Part shown: one piece after another, positions 6,828-16,701 of the stretch
Layout: every line of letters starts with the position of its first letter
Position numbering within the stretch: position 1 is the stretch's first letter
From: a virus
Lineage: Duplodnaviria; Caudoviricetes
DNA: 34,960 bases
IMG/VR virus record: IMGVR_UViG_3300032329_000033
Span: 1 to 34,960 of that record
Reading direction: 5' to 3' (one strand)
Translations under genes and position numbers: made by a program
The notes under the pieces: model-generated
The model's input: the letters and a program-made list of their open reading frames with translations, nothing else
Database searches by the model: none
What the model was told of the DNA's origin: nothing

Positions 6828-9800
6828 ATGACCGACCCTATCAAACTTGGCAAAGGCATAACTGGCGCATTGACCAAGGCGAAGGAGTTGGCGCAAGCCC
6901 GTAAGGCGGCATTGCAGTTGGGCGGCAAAGAGTTGCCAGTGACCATGCACCCAGTCGAGGTGCGCGAGGGCAACGTGTTCGCCAACGTCAACCCGCAAGC
7001 ATTCGATAAGGCGTTTAAGAAGAGTAGCTGGCAGTATGTCGGGCCACAAGGCGAAGGCGGCATCGGTGACCGATATAACAAGTTTGGCGAGTTCATAAAA
7101 AATGCGCCATCAATGAACGCCAGCAATGTGTCAATTGGCAAGAATGGCATCCCTGTATTTGGCGATGGCCGCCACCGCTACGCCTATCTGCGTGATCAAG
7201 GCGTTGAGAACATCCCCATGTCGATGGACAAGCAGTCGTTAGAGAATGCCAGACTGCACGGCCTGCTGAATGAGGCTGACGCGCCGATTGATCGAGGGGG
7301 CAACCTTGCTAAGTTCCTTGAAGGTAGCAAGGTGCAGACACCTGTCTATCACGGCACACAAGGCGACTTCAACGAGTTCAAGATTGGCCCACGCGGCAAG
7401 GTTACTAGCGGCATCTACACTGGTTCCAATCCCGATGTAGCCAATATTTATGCAACTGGCGAAGGCGCGAATGTCATGCCCTTGCATATCTCGCTAAAGA
7501 ACCCAGCGACTGAAGACGACACGATCCGCATTTTTGACTCACTGCCATTGGATCAGGTAGACACGCCCAAGAAGCGCATGAAGGTCTTGCAAGACATGGG
7601 CTTTGACGGCATCACATACAACACTGGAAACTCAGGCAATGCTTACCACATCGCCTTTGATCCAAAGCAAGTTAAGTCAGCAATCGGCAACGAGGGTACA
7701 TTCGACCCAGACATCGCCGACATTACTAAAGCCACTGGCGGAGGAGTTCATATGGCAGACGCAGGAAAAGTAACCAAGGGAATAGTTGGTGCGCTGACCA
7801 AGGCTACCGAGATTGCCAGAGCAGAGAAAGCCCTTCCCAAGGTTGATCGCTTAAGCATGAACTACAAAGATGTGACCAAGCGAGTTCCAGAAGTGGCAGA
7901 CGCTCTTGAAAGACTGCTCAAAGGCGAGATCACCAAAGCTGAGTACAACGACGTTGTGAATATGTACAAGCCCGTTACGCCGTACTCGTTTGTGCCCAAG
8001 CCTGCTACGTCTGAGGAGGCCATCGGCGCATTGCGTGGTGATGCCGCCAAGGCACGATACGGCAAACAGGAAGAATACGAACCCGGCTCCAAGGTGGGAC
8101 TGCGTCTTGACATCCCGGCGTACACGGGCAAAGGCGTGTGGGTAAATTCAATCCACGACGAGGTTGGCAAGAAAGTCGCCTATGGCCCCACAGCCAGCGT
8201 CAAGAACGCAAACCTTGGCATTAGCCAGAACGAGTCCAAACGAATCGCTCAAGGTGGCGCAAAAGCCCCATATGCCAAAATTAAAGGTGAATGGAATCCA
8301 TTGAGTGAGGAAGAGGCTGTAGCCAAAGCCCAAGAGTATTTGGATCACCCTGAATGGCGACAGATTGGAATGGATCCCGAACGCCATTCGTACTTCTATG
8401 ACCGCCACACGATGGAACCAATCACTGGAGCTGAAGAGGTGATTCAAATCGGGCCGCTGGTGCTGGGCAAAAATCCCAAGTATGGCAAGATCGAAGACTT
8501 TGACTACGCTACTGGCGGAGGAGTAAGACACATGGCTAAAGCTGGTCGAGTAGGCGACATCGTCGAGGGCGGACTGTCCGTCATCAACAAAGCCAAAGAA
8601 ATTGCAAAGGCCCGCAAAGCCGCCGCTGAAGGCTCCAAGATCGAGGAAGTGTTGGCAAGCCAGACTCCTCCCATGACCACGCCCAGCGGCACAGGATTGC
8701 CTCTCATGCCCCGTGAGCAGGGTATGTACACACCACGCGAGCAAAAAGACTTGCCGCGCATGGTGAACGTAGATAAGGCGCGCGCCGCTGGTGAGAAACC
8801 TAAGTACAACGAGCGTATGCAAGACTTGCTTGACAGCCCCAAGGCTCGCAAGAAGGTGGACAAGCTGATCAACCAAGGCAAAGACTTAAACGTGCAGGAG
8901 TGGTACGGCACTGAACCCTTGCGCCAAGTGGCTATGGATGCTGGTCGCACACCAGAGCAGTTTGAGTCGCTGATGGCGCAGTTGGCAAGCGCCAGCCAAC
9001 GCAACCCTGTGGACAAACAAAACCAAATGGGTTCGTACCTATACCACTTGAGCGAGACAGGCCAACTGCCTGAAAACTCATTGCTTCTGACCAATAAGCT
9101 CAAAGAGGCGCTGAAGGCTGACCCATCATTGGCTGAAGGTCGTCAACTCGTGGAGTTGCCATCTGGCTATGGATCGCTGGCGCAGGGTGACATTTTCAAT
9201 CGCGCCGTGATGATTGGTCAGGGCAACATTGGTGAAGCTTTGCCCCCCAACAAAAAGCTTGGCACGTTCTACGAGAACTTGCTTGGCAACCTAAAGCCCG
9301 TGACGGTGGATGTAAATGCCCTGCGTGGCCCCATCATCGAGCAAGGTGACCCACGCTGGCTGACCAGCAAACTTGTCGAGAAGGACGAGAAGGGCAACAT
9401 CATCAACAGCTACAAACCCCGCGAAATGTACGACACGGGCGAGATGACGATGCGTGAGGCACAGCAACGCCCCGGCTTCTGGGAGGCCGCGCCCTCTGGC
9501 TCTGAATATGCAGGCTTTGAGGACTTGTGGCAACGTGGTGCCAAGCGTCACAACATCGAGCCAGCAGAAGCGCAAGCCCTTGGCTGGTATGGCTCCGCTG
9601 ATGTGACAGCGCTCAAGACCAAGCCTGAGAATTATGTGGACAACCTTGAGCGCCTGATCAAGCGCACCGCCGAGCAAACAGGTCAGTCGCCCACCAAAGT
9701 GATGAATGACCTTGTTACGGGCGAAGGCTTCCTCCGCAAGAAAGGTGGCGCAGTTGAAGGGCCGCACTGGCACAAGGTATTCAACCGCAAGATGGCTGAA

Positions 9801-10340
9801 GGCGGCTATGCATGGGTTGACGACAAACATATTCCCAAAGTTCGTTCGCTTAAGCGCATGGCAAAGGGTGGCTCATCAGATGAGCCTACAACCAGAGAAA
9901 TTATGGAGGCCATGCCCCAAGTGATCAAAGAGGCGACAAGCGAAGAGGCCGAGTCCTACAAGAAACCGCGCTCGGTGTCTGATGTTATTTACCGTGGCGT
10001 TGTTGCCAACAATCCACTCAGTTTTGGTGTTGATATGACCAACGCTGTTTTGAGTGGCGTAGATGCTTTATCTGGCATGGCTGGACATCCGACTCGGTTA
10101 TCGAGTGAAAAGCCATTCGGTGGTTCTGAACACGTTAAAGACTTGATGGACAAATATGGCGTAACTTCTGGAGAGCAAAGACCAATTTCTGAAACTGTGC
10201 TTGGTTTGTTCTCTCCAACTGGAATGATCAAAGGCGCAATGGGTGCAGGCAAAGCCATGCATAAGAGTGGCACTGCAATCAGGGACGCAATTGGCGCGTC
10301 GCCTAAGAAGGCTCGTGGCGGCTTAACCTTAATGAGATAA
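6828..10340 (+). CDS. Large modular polyvalent-type protein: ParB/Srx-like, ADP-ribosyltransferase-like, unknown domain, DUF7178/HhH-like, hydrophobic C-terminal module
   Basis: GDGRHR (ParB-like, about nt 7160). VYHGT...GIY...VMPLHISLKNP...GFDGI...AFDPKQVKSAIGNEGTFD (ART-PolyVal-like). WY...ASQRNPV..Q...KLGTFYENLLG...VTVD...AQALGW. Modules are separated by xAxGG/xKKGG motifs. Confidence 0.75.
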   Translation: MTDPIKLGKGITGALTKAKELAQARKAALQLGGKELPVTMHPVEVREGNVFANVNPQAFDKAFKKSSWQYVGPQGEGGIGDRYNKFGEFIKNAPSMNASNVSIGKNGIPVFGDGRHRYAYLRDQGVENIPMSMDKQSLENARLHGLLNEADAPIDRGGNLAKFLEGSKVQTPVYHGTQGDFNEFKIGPRGKVTSGIYTGSNPDVANIYATGEGANVMPLHISLKNPATEDDTIRIFDSLPLDQVDTPKKRMKVLQDMGFDGITYNTGNSGNAYHIAFDPKQVKSAIGNEGTFDPDIADITKATGGGVHMADAGKVTKGIVGALTKATEIARAEKALPKVDRLSMNYKDVTKRVPEVADALERLLKGEITKAEYNDVVNMYKPVTPYSFVPKPATSEEAIGALRGDAAKARYGKQEEYEPGSKVGLRLDIPAYTGKGVWVNSIHDEVGKKVAYGPTASVKNANLGISQNESKRIAQGGAKAPYAKIKGEWNPLSEEEAVAKAQEYLDHPEWRQIGMDPERHSYFYDRHTMEPITGAEEVIQIGPLVLGKNPKYGKIEDFDYATGGGVRHMAKAGRVGDIVEGGLSVINKAKEIAKARKAAAEGSKIEEVLASQTPPMTTPSGTGLPLMPREQGMYTPREQKDLPRMVNVDKARAAGEKPKYNERMQDLLDSPKARKKVDKLINQGKDLNVQEWYGTEPLRQVAMDAGRTPEQFESLMAQLASASQRNPVDKQNQMGSYLYHLSETGQLPENSLLLTNKLKEALKADPSLAEGRQLVELPSGYGSLAQGDIFNRAVMIGQGNIGEALPPNKKLGTFYENLLGNLKPVTVDVNALRGPIIEQGDPRWLTSKLVEKDEKGNIINSYKPREMYDTGEMTMREAQQRPGFWEAAPSGSEYAGFEDLWQRGAKRHNIEPAEAQALGWYGSADVTALKTKPENYVDNLERLIKRTAEQTGQSPTKVMNDLVTGEGFLRKKGGAVEGPHWHKVFNRKMAEGGYAWVDDKHIPKVRSLKRMAKGGSSDEPTTREIMEAMPQVIKEATSEEAESYKKPRSVSDVIYRGVVANNPLSFGVDMTNAVLSGVDALSGMAGHPTRLSSEKPFGGSEHVKDLMDKYGVTSGEQRPISETVLGLFSPTGMIKGAMGAGKAMHKSGTAIRDAIGASPKKARGGLTLMR

Positions 10341-10342
10341 CT

Positions 10343-12853
10343 ATGGCAACACAATTTCCAATTGATCCAAACGCAGACCGCTTTATTGACGGTTTGAAGA
10401 TGACCGACGATGGTGGTGTTGTTGCTGATCTGCCTGATGATGATGAGCTTGGCGTAGAGGAGCTTGACGACGGTTCCGCCATCGTTAACTTGCAGGACTT
10501 CAAAGGCCCAACGGAAGACGAAGACTTTTACTCCAACCTTGCGGAGACCATGAACCTCTATGACATGGAGAAGATTGGAATGCGTTACCTTGACTTGATT
10601 GACAAGGATAAGGAAGCCCGCGAAAAGCGTGACAAGCAATACGAAGAGGGATTGAAGCGGACTGGCTTGGGGGATGATGCCCCCGGCGGTGCGAACTTCT
10701 TCGGTGCATCCAAGGTCGTCCACCCAATCATGGCCGAAGCCTGCGTGGACTTTGCCTCCCGCGCTATCAAAGAGATGTTTCCACCTGATGGCCCTGTCCG
10801 CACCAAAGTGCTTGGCGAGGTGACTGAGGAGAAGACCGAGGTAGCCGAGCGTAAGCGCGATTACATGAACTGGCAGTTGACTGAGCAGATCGAAGAGTTC
10901 CGCGATGAGCAAGAGCAGTTGCTGACGCAGTTGCCTTTAGGTGGCTCGCAGTTTATGAAGATTTGGTACGACGACACCAAGCGTCGCCCTTGCGCTGAGT
11001 TTGTGCCTATCGACAACATGATCCTGCCCTTCTCTGCTGTGAACTTTTACACCGCCCAGCGCGTGACTGAACAGCAAGACATCACTGGCTGGGAGATGCA
11101 ACAGCGCATTGACCGTGGCCTGTACCGCGACATCAGCTTTATCCGCGCAACGGACGAGCCAGAGCAAACCAAAGCTGAAAAAGCCAACGACAAGATTGAA
11201 GGCAAAGAATTTAACGAAAATGAAGACGGTCTGCGCCGTGTCTACCACATCTACACTTGGTTGAACATTGACGACGATCCAGTGACCAAGGGCGAGACAG
11301 CCCCGTACATCCTGATGATCGACGAGCTTGAGAGCAAAGTGCTTGGCCTTTACCGTAACTGGGAAGAGGGGGACTCCACCATGACCAAGCTCGACTGGCT
11401 GGTCGAGTTCAAATTCATCCCTTGGAGGGGCGCGTATGCCATCGGGCTACCTCACCTCATCGGAGGTCTTTCCGCCGCCTTGACGGGCGCATTACGGGCT
11501 TTGCTGGACACCGCACACATCAACAACTCGGCTACCATGCTGAAGTTAAAGGGTGCCCGCATTTCTGGCGCAAGCCAGCAGATCGAAGTCACGCAGGTCA
11601 CCGAGATCGAGTCCGCTGTTGGCGTAGATGACATCAGGAAGATTGCGATGCCAATGCCTTTCAACCCGCCCAGCCCCGTGCTGTTTGAGTTGCTAGGCTG
11701 GATTACCACAGCGGCCAAAGGCGTGGTCACCACCGCAGAAGAAAAGATTGCAGATGCCAACAGCAATATGCCAGTGGGAACCACGCAAGCATTGATTGAG
11801 CAGGGAGCCGCAGTGTTCTCTGCCATTCACGCCCGCTTGCATGAAAGCCAGCGCCGTGTGTTGCAGGTGCTTGGTCGCTTGAACCGTTGGTATTTGGATG
11901 AGCAAAAGCGTGGTGATGTGGTGGCCGATTTGGAGATCAAGCGCGAAGACTTCAAGCGCAACAGCGATGTGATCCCCGTATCCGATCCCCACATCTTTTC
12001 CGAGACTCAGCGTATTGCTCAAATGCAGTCTGTGTTGCAGATGTCTGCACAGTTCCCTGCCTTGTTTGACCAACGTGCTGTTGTGAACCGTATGCTCAAA
12101 CAGTTGAAGGTTCCAAACGTCAATGAGTTGATCCCCAACGCAAGCAAACCAATTGAGATGAACGCCGCAGATGAGAACTCTGCTATGTCTCTTGGCCGTC
12201 CAGCGTTTGCATATCCTCGTCAGGATCACTTGGCGCACATCCAAGCGCACATGGACTTTGGCCTCGATCCAACCTTGGGATCAAATAAGCTGATTGCGCC
12301 CAAGTTCATACCCAATGCGCTTGAACACATCAAGCAACATATGCTGTTGTGGTACACGCAGAACATGAGCAAGTACGTCCAAGGCAATGGCGATGTGGAC
12401 TTTGGCAAGTACGAAGACAGCAAGCTGGTCAAAGAGATTGACAACGCTATTGCGCTGGCTTCCGCGCATATGAAGCTGGACTCCGCAGAGGTGTTCAGTG
12501 GTTTGTTGCCTGCGCTCGATCGGTTGGGCCAGATCATGCAACAGTTCAAACCACCACCACCACCAATGGATGGCGAAGCGCAAGCCGTGTTGCAGGCTTC
12601 TATGGCAGAGACCCAGCGTCGCGCCGCAGAGGATCAGGCACGACTTGCCTTTGATACTCAGAAATTCCAAGCCGAGATGCAGGCAAAACAAGCGGCGGAG
12701 CAGATCAAGGTGGCTATGAACGCCGAAAACAACTTGACTACCGAGCGCATCAAGACCGCAGAGTTGACCGTGGACGAGGTCAAACTACGACAGGAGCAGG
12801 AGAAAACTGCTGTGAAACTTAACCAAGAAACCCAACGTAACTTAGGAGATTGA
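10343..12853 (+). CDS. Portal protein (P22-like, with C-terminal coiled-coil barrel)
   Basis: 836 aa after TerL. GASKVVHPIMAEACVDF, DYMNWQLTE, PVGTTQALIEQGAAVFSAIHARLH, IPVSDP; helical Gln-rich tail. Confidence 0.9.
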   Translation: MATQFPIDPNADRFIDGLKMTDDGGVVADLPDDDELGVEELDDGSAIVNLQDFKGPTEDEDFYSNLAETMNLYDMEKIGMRYLDLIDKDKEAREKRDKQYEEGLKRTGLGDDAPGGANFFGASKVVHPIMAEACVDFASRAIKEMFPPDGPVRTKVLGEVTEEKTEVAERKRDYMNWQLTEQIEEFRDEQEQLLTQLPLGGSQFMKIWYDDTKRRPCAEFVPIDNMILPFSAVNFYTAQRVTEQQDITGWEMQQRIDRGLYRDISFIRATDEPEQTKAEKANDKIEGKEFNENEDGLRRVYHIYTWLNIDDDPVTKGETAPYILMIDELESKVLGLYRNWEEGDSTMTKLDWLVEFKFIPWRGAYAIGLPHLIGGLSAALTGALRALLDTAHINNSATMLKLKGARISGASQQIEVTQVTEIESAVGVDDIRKIAMPMPFNPPSPVLFELLGWITTAAKGVVTTAEEKIADANSNMPVGTTQALIEQGAAVFSAIHARLHESQRRVLQVLGRLNRWYLDEQKRGDVVADLEIKREDFKRNSDVIPVSDPHIFSETQRIAQMQSVLQMSAQFPALFDQRAVVNRMLKQLKVPNVNELIPNASKPIEMNAADENSAMSLGRPAFAYPRQDHLAHIQAHMDFGLDPTLGSNKLIAPKFIPNALEHIKQHMLLWYTQNMSKYVQGNGDVDFGKYEDSKLVKEIDNAIALASAHMKLDSAEVFSGLLPALDRLGQIMQQFKPPPPPMDGEAQAVLQASMAETQRRAAEDQARLAFDTQKFQAEMQAKQAAEQIKVAMNAENNLTTERIKTAELTVDEVKLRQEQEKTAVKLNQETQRNLGD

Positions 12854-12854
12854 A

Positions 12855-13043
12855 ATGGCTACAAATAGTAACGAAATCAAAGAATATCAAAGCGAACAAG
12901 TTAGCCAACGCGCCCGCATCGCGTCTGGTGCTTGGCTTGATGGTCAACAAATGAAAGAGAAGCAGACAGCGACAATGCCTTTGGCTAATAGCGATCACGG
13001 GAATTTCTCCCAAAACAAGGGCGTTGACAAGAAAAACGCATGA
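12855..13043 (+). CDS. Hypothetical protein (62 aa)
   Basis: AGGAG RBS; lies in the head operon. Confidence 0.7.
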   Translation: MATNSNEIKEYQSEQVSQRARIASGAWLDGQQMKEKQTATMPLANSDHGNFSQNKGVDKKNA

Positions 13044-13225
13044 GGTATACCTCCGACTTCATCGGCGCTGTAAAAGCGCGTAAAGAAGCTATTACGCAGA
13101 GTTTGGCGGTGGGTAATGCCTCCGACTACCCTGCGTATCAGCGACTGGTCGGACATATCGCTGGACTTGAAGAAGCCCTTGTCATTCTTGATAACCTTTT
13201 AAAGGAAGAAGACGATGACAGATAG
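13040..13225 (+). CDS. Small helical head-operon protein (61 aa)
   Basis: LAVG...DYPAYQRLVGHIAGLEEA, a type of gene commonly found between portal and GroES in this phage group. Confidence 0.75.
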   Translation: MRYTSDFIGAVKARKEAITQSLAVGNASDYPAYQRLVGHIAGLEEALVILDNLLKEEDDDR

Positions 13226-13649
13226 CACGGTGGCTGGTGATTCAGCCGATTTGCGGGAAGCCTTTCCTGCTGTAGACCCCGGTGCAAAACCCCTCGGCGC
13301 AAGAGTTTTAGTACAACTGCGTCGAACAAAGAAGACGGTAACTGCAAGCGGGATTGTTTTGGTCTCCGAGACCAGAGAAACCGAAAAATGGCAAAACATG
13401 GTCGGTAAAGTCATTGAGCTAGGCCCAATCGCTTTTAAGAAGCGAGACACAATGGAGCCTTGGGTCGAAGGTACTTGGTGTGAGGTAGGAGACTACATTC
13501 GCGTACCTAAATGGGGTGGTGATCGTTGGGAGGTTCCAGTCCCCGGCGCACTAAATGATGATGATCCAGCCCTCTTCATGGTTCTAAACGACCATGAAGT
13601 TATTGCCAAACTCACTGGTGACCCACTTGCAATGAAGGCATTCATATGA
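13215..13649 (+). CDS. groES: Co-chaperonin GroES-like protein
   Basis: KPLGARVLVQ, TASGIVL, GKVIELGP, VGDYI, LNDHEVIA. Confidence 0.9.
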   Translation: MTDSTVAGDSADLREAFPAVDPGAKPLGARVLVQLRRTKKTVTASGIVLVSETRETEKWQNMVGKVIELGPIAFKKRDTMEPWVEGTWCEVGDYIRVPKWGGDRWEVPVPGALNDDDPALFMVLNDHEVIAKLTGDPLAMKAFI

Positions 13650-14617
13650 GTACCGATACAGAACAAGAAGTAATCGTCATTCAAGAGGAGAAAGACGGCT
13701 CCGCGACGATTGATTTACCCGCAAGCATCCCTTCGCCTGACGTAAACCACGAAGAGGACTCCGAAGAGGCGGATAACGCCGCCAGACAAGCCGAAATGGC
13801 CGCTGGTGGTCAGCTTGACGCTGAAGCTGAAGCCTTGAGAGAGCAAAAACGCCTCAAAAGGCTCAAGCGCAAGGAGTATCACAAGCAAGTTTCGACTGAA
13901 AAAGACCATAAATTGGACTTTTTGAGCCGCCAAAACCAAGAACTGCTCGAAAGACTGTCGGTTTTGGAAAAAAAGTCGCATGGTAGCGACCTTGCTCGCC
14001 TCAATAAGGCGATGGAAGACCAACATAACCGCATTTTGTTTGCAAAACAGAAAATTGCCGAGGCTACACGCGCAGGCAATGGCGAAATGCTTACTTCCGC
14101 GCAAGAAATGTGGTTTGAAGCGCGTCGTCAGTTTGAGGCATTGGATTCAGTCAAGAAGAAAGCGACTGCCCAGCCTCGCCAACGCACAATTCAAGCCCCT
14201 GATCCTCAATTGCAACGTCATGCATCGGAATGGATGGAATCAAATCAATGGTACGACCCCAATGGTCGAGACCCTGATTCAAGAGTTGCATTAACGATTG
14301 ATCAAGCAATGGCTGAAGAGGGTTGGAACCCAAAAACGCCTCAATATTGGGAAGAGCTTGACAACCGCTTGCAAAAGTATCTACCTCACAGGTATACTGG
14401 GGAGGCAGACGAGAGACCAACTCAGAAGCGCCCAAGAAACTTCGTAACTGGGTCAGGCCGCGAGAGTGCATCGAGTAATGTGATTGGCAAGAATCAATTT
14501 GCGTTAACACGCGATCAAGTTCAAGCCATGAAAGATGCTGGAATGTGGGATGACCCCGATAAACGTGCAAAGATGATTCGTCGCTATGCACTTGAAGCTA
14601 AACAACTTAGGAGCTAA
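13646..14617 (+). CDS. Putative capsid scaffolding protein
   Basis: Acidic N-terminus, long coiled coil, W...N.WY motif, C-terminal LTRDQVQAMK..G; position before the capsid genes. Confidence 0.7.
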   Translation: MSTDTEQEVIVIQEEKDGSATIDLPASIPSPDVNHEEDSEEADNAARQAEMAAGGQLDAEAEALREQKRLKRLKRKEYHKQVSTEKDHKLDFLSRQNQELLERLSVLEKKSHGSDLARLNKAMEDQHNRILFAKQKIAEATRAGNGEMLTSAQEMWFEARRQFEALDSVKKKATAQPRQRTIQAPDPQLQRHASEWMESNQWYDPNGRDPDSRVALTIDQAMAEEGWNPKTPQYWEELDNRLQKYLPHRYTGEADERPTQKRPRNFVTGSGRESASSNVIGKNQFALTRDQVQAMKDAGMWDDPDKRAKMIRRYALEAKQLRS

Positions 14618-14619
14618 AA

Positions 14620-15156
14620 ATGGATTCTCGTTTAAAAAAATCATTGTCTGCTGGTGGACGCGAAAGTCGCGCGAGTCTTGACCAAAGTCGAGAGGCACCA
14701 GAACAGCAATTCGTGTCAGCCGAAGAACGTCGCAAGATGTGGAAGGATGAATGGACACAAAGCGCATTGCCTGCTATTCCCGAAATCAAGGGATGGCACC
14801 TTTGCTGGTTATCGACCACGAATAGTTATGACAGCATCGACAAACGTATTCGTCTAGGTTACGTCCCTGTGAAAGCAGAGGAAGTGCCGGGGATGGAGAA
14901 CAATAAAGTCAAAGCTGGGGAACACGTTGGATTTATTGCGTGTAATGAGATGCTCTTGTACAAGATTCCGAATGAAATGTATCAAGATGTCATGGCTCAT
15001 TTTCACCATGAAGCGCCACTTGAAGATGCGAACAAAATCCGTCTACAAGCAGAGCAGATTCAAGGCCGCGATAGTTCTGGCAAGCCCTTGGGCCGAGTCG
15101 AAGGTGAAGGTTTGGAAGGCATTGATAAACCGATGCCAGCACCTGTTTTTAACTAA
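14620..15156 (+). CDS. Conserved head-operon hypothetical protein (178 aa)
   Basis: AGGAG RBS; ALPAIP..GWHLCWLS...RLGYVPV...EMLLYKIP. Confidence 0.8.
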   Translation: MDSRLKKSLSAGGRESRASLDQSREAPEQQFVSAEERRKMWKDEWTQSALPAIPEIKGWHLCWLSTTNSYDSIDKRIRLGYVPVKAEEVPGMENNKVKAGEHVGFIACNEMLLYKIPNEMYQDVMAHFHHEAPLEDANKIRLQAEQIQGRDSSGKPLGRVEGEGLEGIDKPMPAPVFN

Positions 15157-15194
15157 ACAAGCTGGTTAAATGTAACTGATCATAGGAGAGACTC

Positions 15195-15767
15195 ATGTCT
15201 TCATTAAATCAGCCGTTTGGTTTGCGTCCTTCGTTCCACCCCACGGGTTTGGATCGTGCTGTCGCATTGCCTAACGGTATCGCCTCTGGTTATAGCACTG
15301 GTATTTTGAAAGGCCAGCCTGTAGCCCTTAACACTTCTGGAAACATCATTGCCGCGACCGCTGGTAGTGCCTATCAAGGCGCTTTCGCTGGTCAAGAGTA
15401 CACCGATCTTTCTGGTCGCCGTCAAATCAGCAACCAATGGATTGCTTCAACTGCTTATCAAACTGGTTCGCAAGTTACCTACTACTATTCTGATCCGAAT
15501 ATCGTTTACGACATTCAGTGTGATGGTAGCTTGGCTCAAACTTCGATTGGTGATCAAGCAAACTTCAGCAACATTTCCGCTGGTTCAACAACCACTGGTT
15601 TGTCGCAATGCACTATCTCTTCGAGTTTAGTGGGTTCGGGTGCCGTTGGTGATCTTCGTATCATCAATTTGACTCCCGCTGTTGATAACGCATGGGGTGA
15701 TGCATACACCGTGGTACAGGTTCAAGTGAGCCGTAGCCAGTATGTTGCAACCATTAACGCATTCTAA
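15195..15767 (+). CDS. Putative capsid decoration/minor capsid protein
   Basis: PFGLRP, IASGY, DPNIVYDIQ motifs; beta-rich; immediately before the MCP. Confidence 0.7.
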   Translation: MSSLNQPFGLRPSFHPTGLDRAVALPNGIASGYSTGILKGQPVALNTSGNIIAATAGSAYQGAFAGQEYTDLSGRRQISNQWIASTAYQTGSQVTYYYSDPNIVYDIQCDGSLAQTSIGDQANFSNISAGSTTTGLSQCTISSSLVGSGAVGDLRIINLTPAVDNAWGDAYTVVQVQVSRSQYVATINAF

Positions 15768-15779
15768 GGAGAATAAATA

Positions 15780-16694
15780 ATGGCCGCACCAATGCGCAGT
15801 ACGGACTTTAGAAGCATCGTTGAGCCTATCCTCAACGAGTGTTTCGATGGAGTCTATGACCAACGTACCGATGAATGGTCACGAGTTTTCCGTGAGCAAG
15901 AAGGTATTCCCCGTAACTACCACGAAGAGCCAGTCCTTTATGGATTTGGTGCCGCACCTCAACTGCCTGACGGAACTCCTGTTTCGTATCAGCAGGGTGG
16001 TGTTCTCTTCTTGCAACGCTATGTTTACAACGTGTATGGCTTGGCCTTCGCGTTGACCAAAGTGTTGGTTGAAGATGGCGACCATATCCGTATCGGTCAG
16101 GTTTACGCCAAGCACTTGGCTCAGTCATTGATTGAGACCAAAGAGACTTTGGCCGCAAACGTGTTGAACCGCGCTTTCAACTCATCCTACCCCGGTGGTG
16201 ATGGTGTGTCGCTGATCAACACCGCGCACCCCATCGTGAATGGTACTTTTAGCAACCAGTTGGCTACCGCCGCAAACCTGTCGCAGACATCGCTTGAGCA
16301 GATGCTGATTCAGATTCGCCAAGCTGTGGATAACAACCAGAAGAAGATTCGTTTGGTTCCCCGCCAGTTGGTGGTGGCACCGGGCAACGTCTTCCAAGCT
16401 GAAGTGTTGCTCAAGTCCGTGTTGCGTTCTGGCACTGCTAACAACGATCTGAACCCTGTCAAGTCTATTGGCTTGCTGGACGAAGGTGCCGCTGTTATCA
16501 GCCGTTTGACTTCTTCCACCGCATGGTGGGTACAGACCGATGCACCAGAGGGCATGAAGCTCTTGATGCGTCGTCGTCTTGAGAAGACAATGGAAGGCGA
16601 CTTCGAGACTGACTCTATGCGCTACAAGGCGACAGAGCGTTACCAAGTCGGTTTCACTGACCCACGCGCTTTGTACGGTACACCCGGCGTGTAA
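15780..16694 (+). CDS. Major capsid protein (HK97 fold, Mu GpT-like group)
   Basis: Strong RBS (AAGGAG). GFGAAP, GGDGVSL...HP, PRQLVVAP, DFETDSMRYKATERY..GFTDPRALYG; followed by a terminator. Confidence 0.92.
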   Translation: MAAPMRSTDFRSIVEPILNECFDGVYDQRTDEWSRVFREQEGIPRNYHEEPVLYGFGAAPQLPDGTPVSYQQGGVLFLQRYVYNVYGLAFALTKVLVEDGDHIRIGQVYAKHLAQSLIETKETLAANVLNRAFNSSYPGGDGVSLINTAHPIVNGTFSNQLATAANLSQTSLEQMLIQIRQAVDNNQKKIRLVPRQLVVAPGNVFQAEVLLKSVLRSGTANNDLNPVKSIGLLDEGAAVISRLTSSTAWWVQTDAPEGMKLLMRRRLEKTMEGDFETDSMRYKATERYQVGFTDPRALYGTPGV

Positions 16695-16701
16695 AGCAAA
16701 C

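Noticed and set aside
8148-12691. Long minus-strand ORFs (e.g. 8148..8876, 9989..10912, 11693..12250)
   Set aside because: They are antisense shadows of well-supported + strand genes, with no recognisable motifs.
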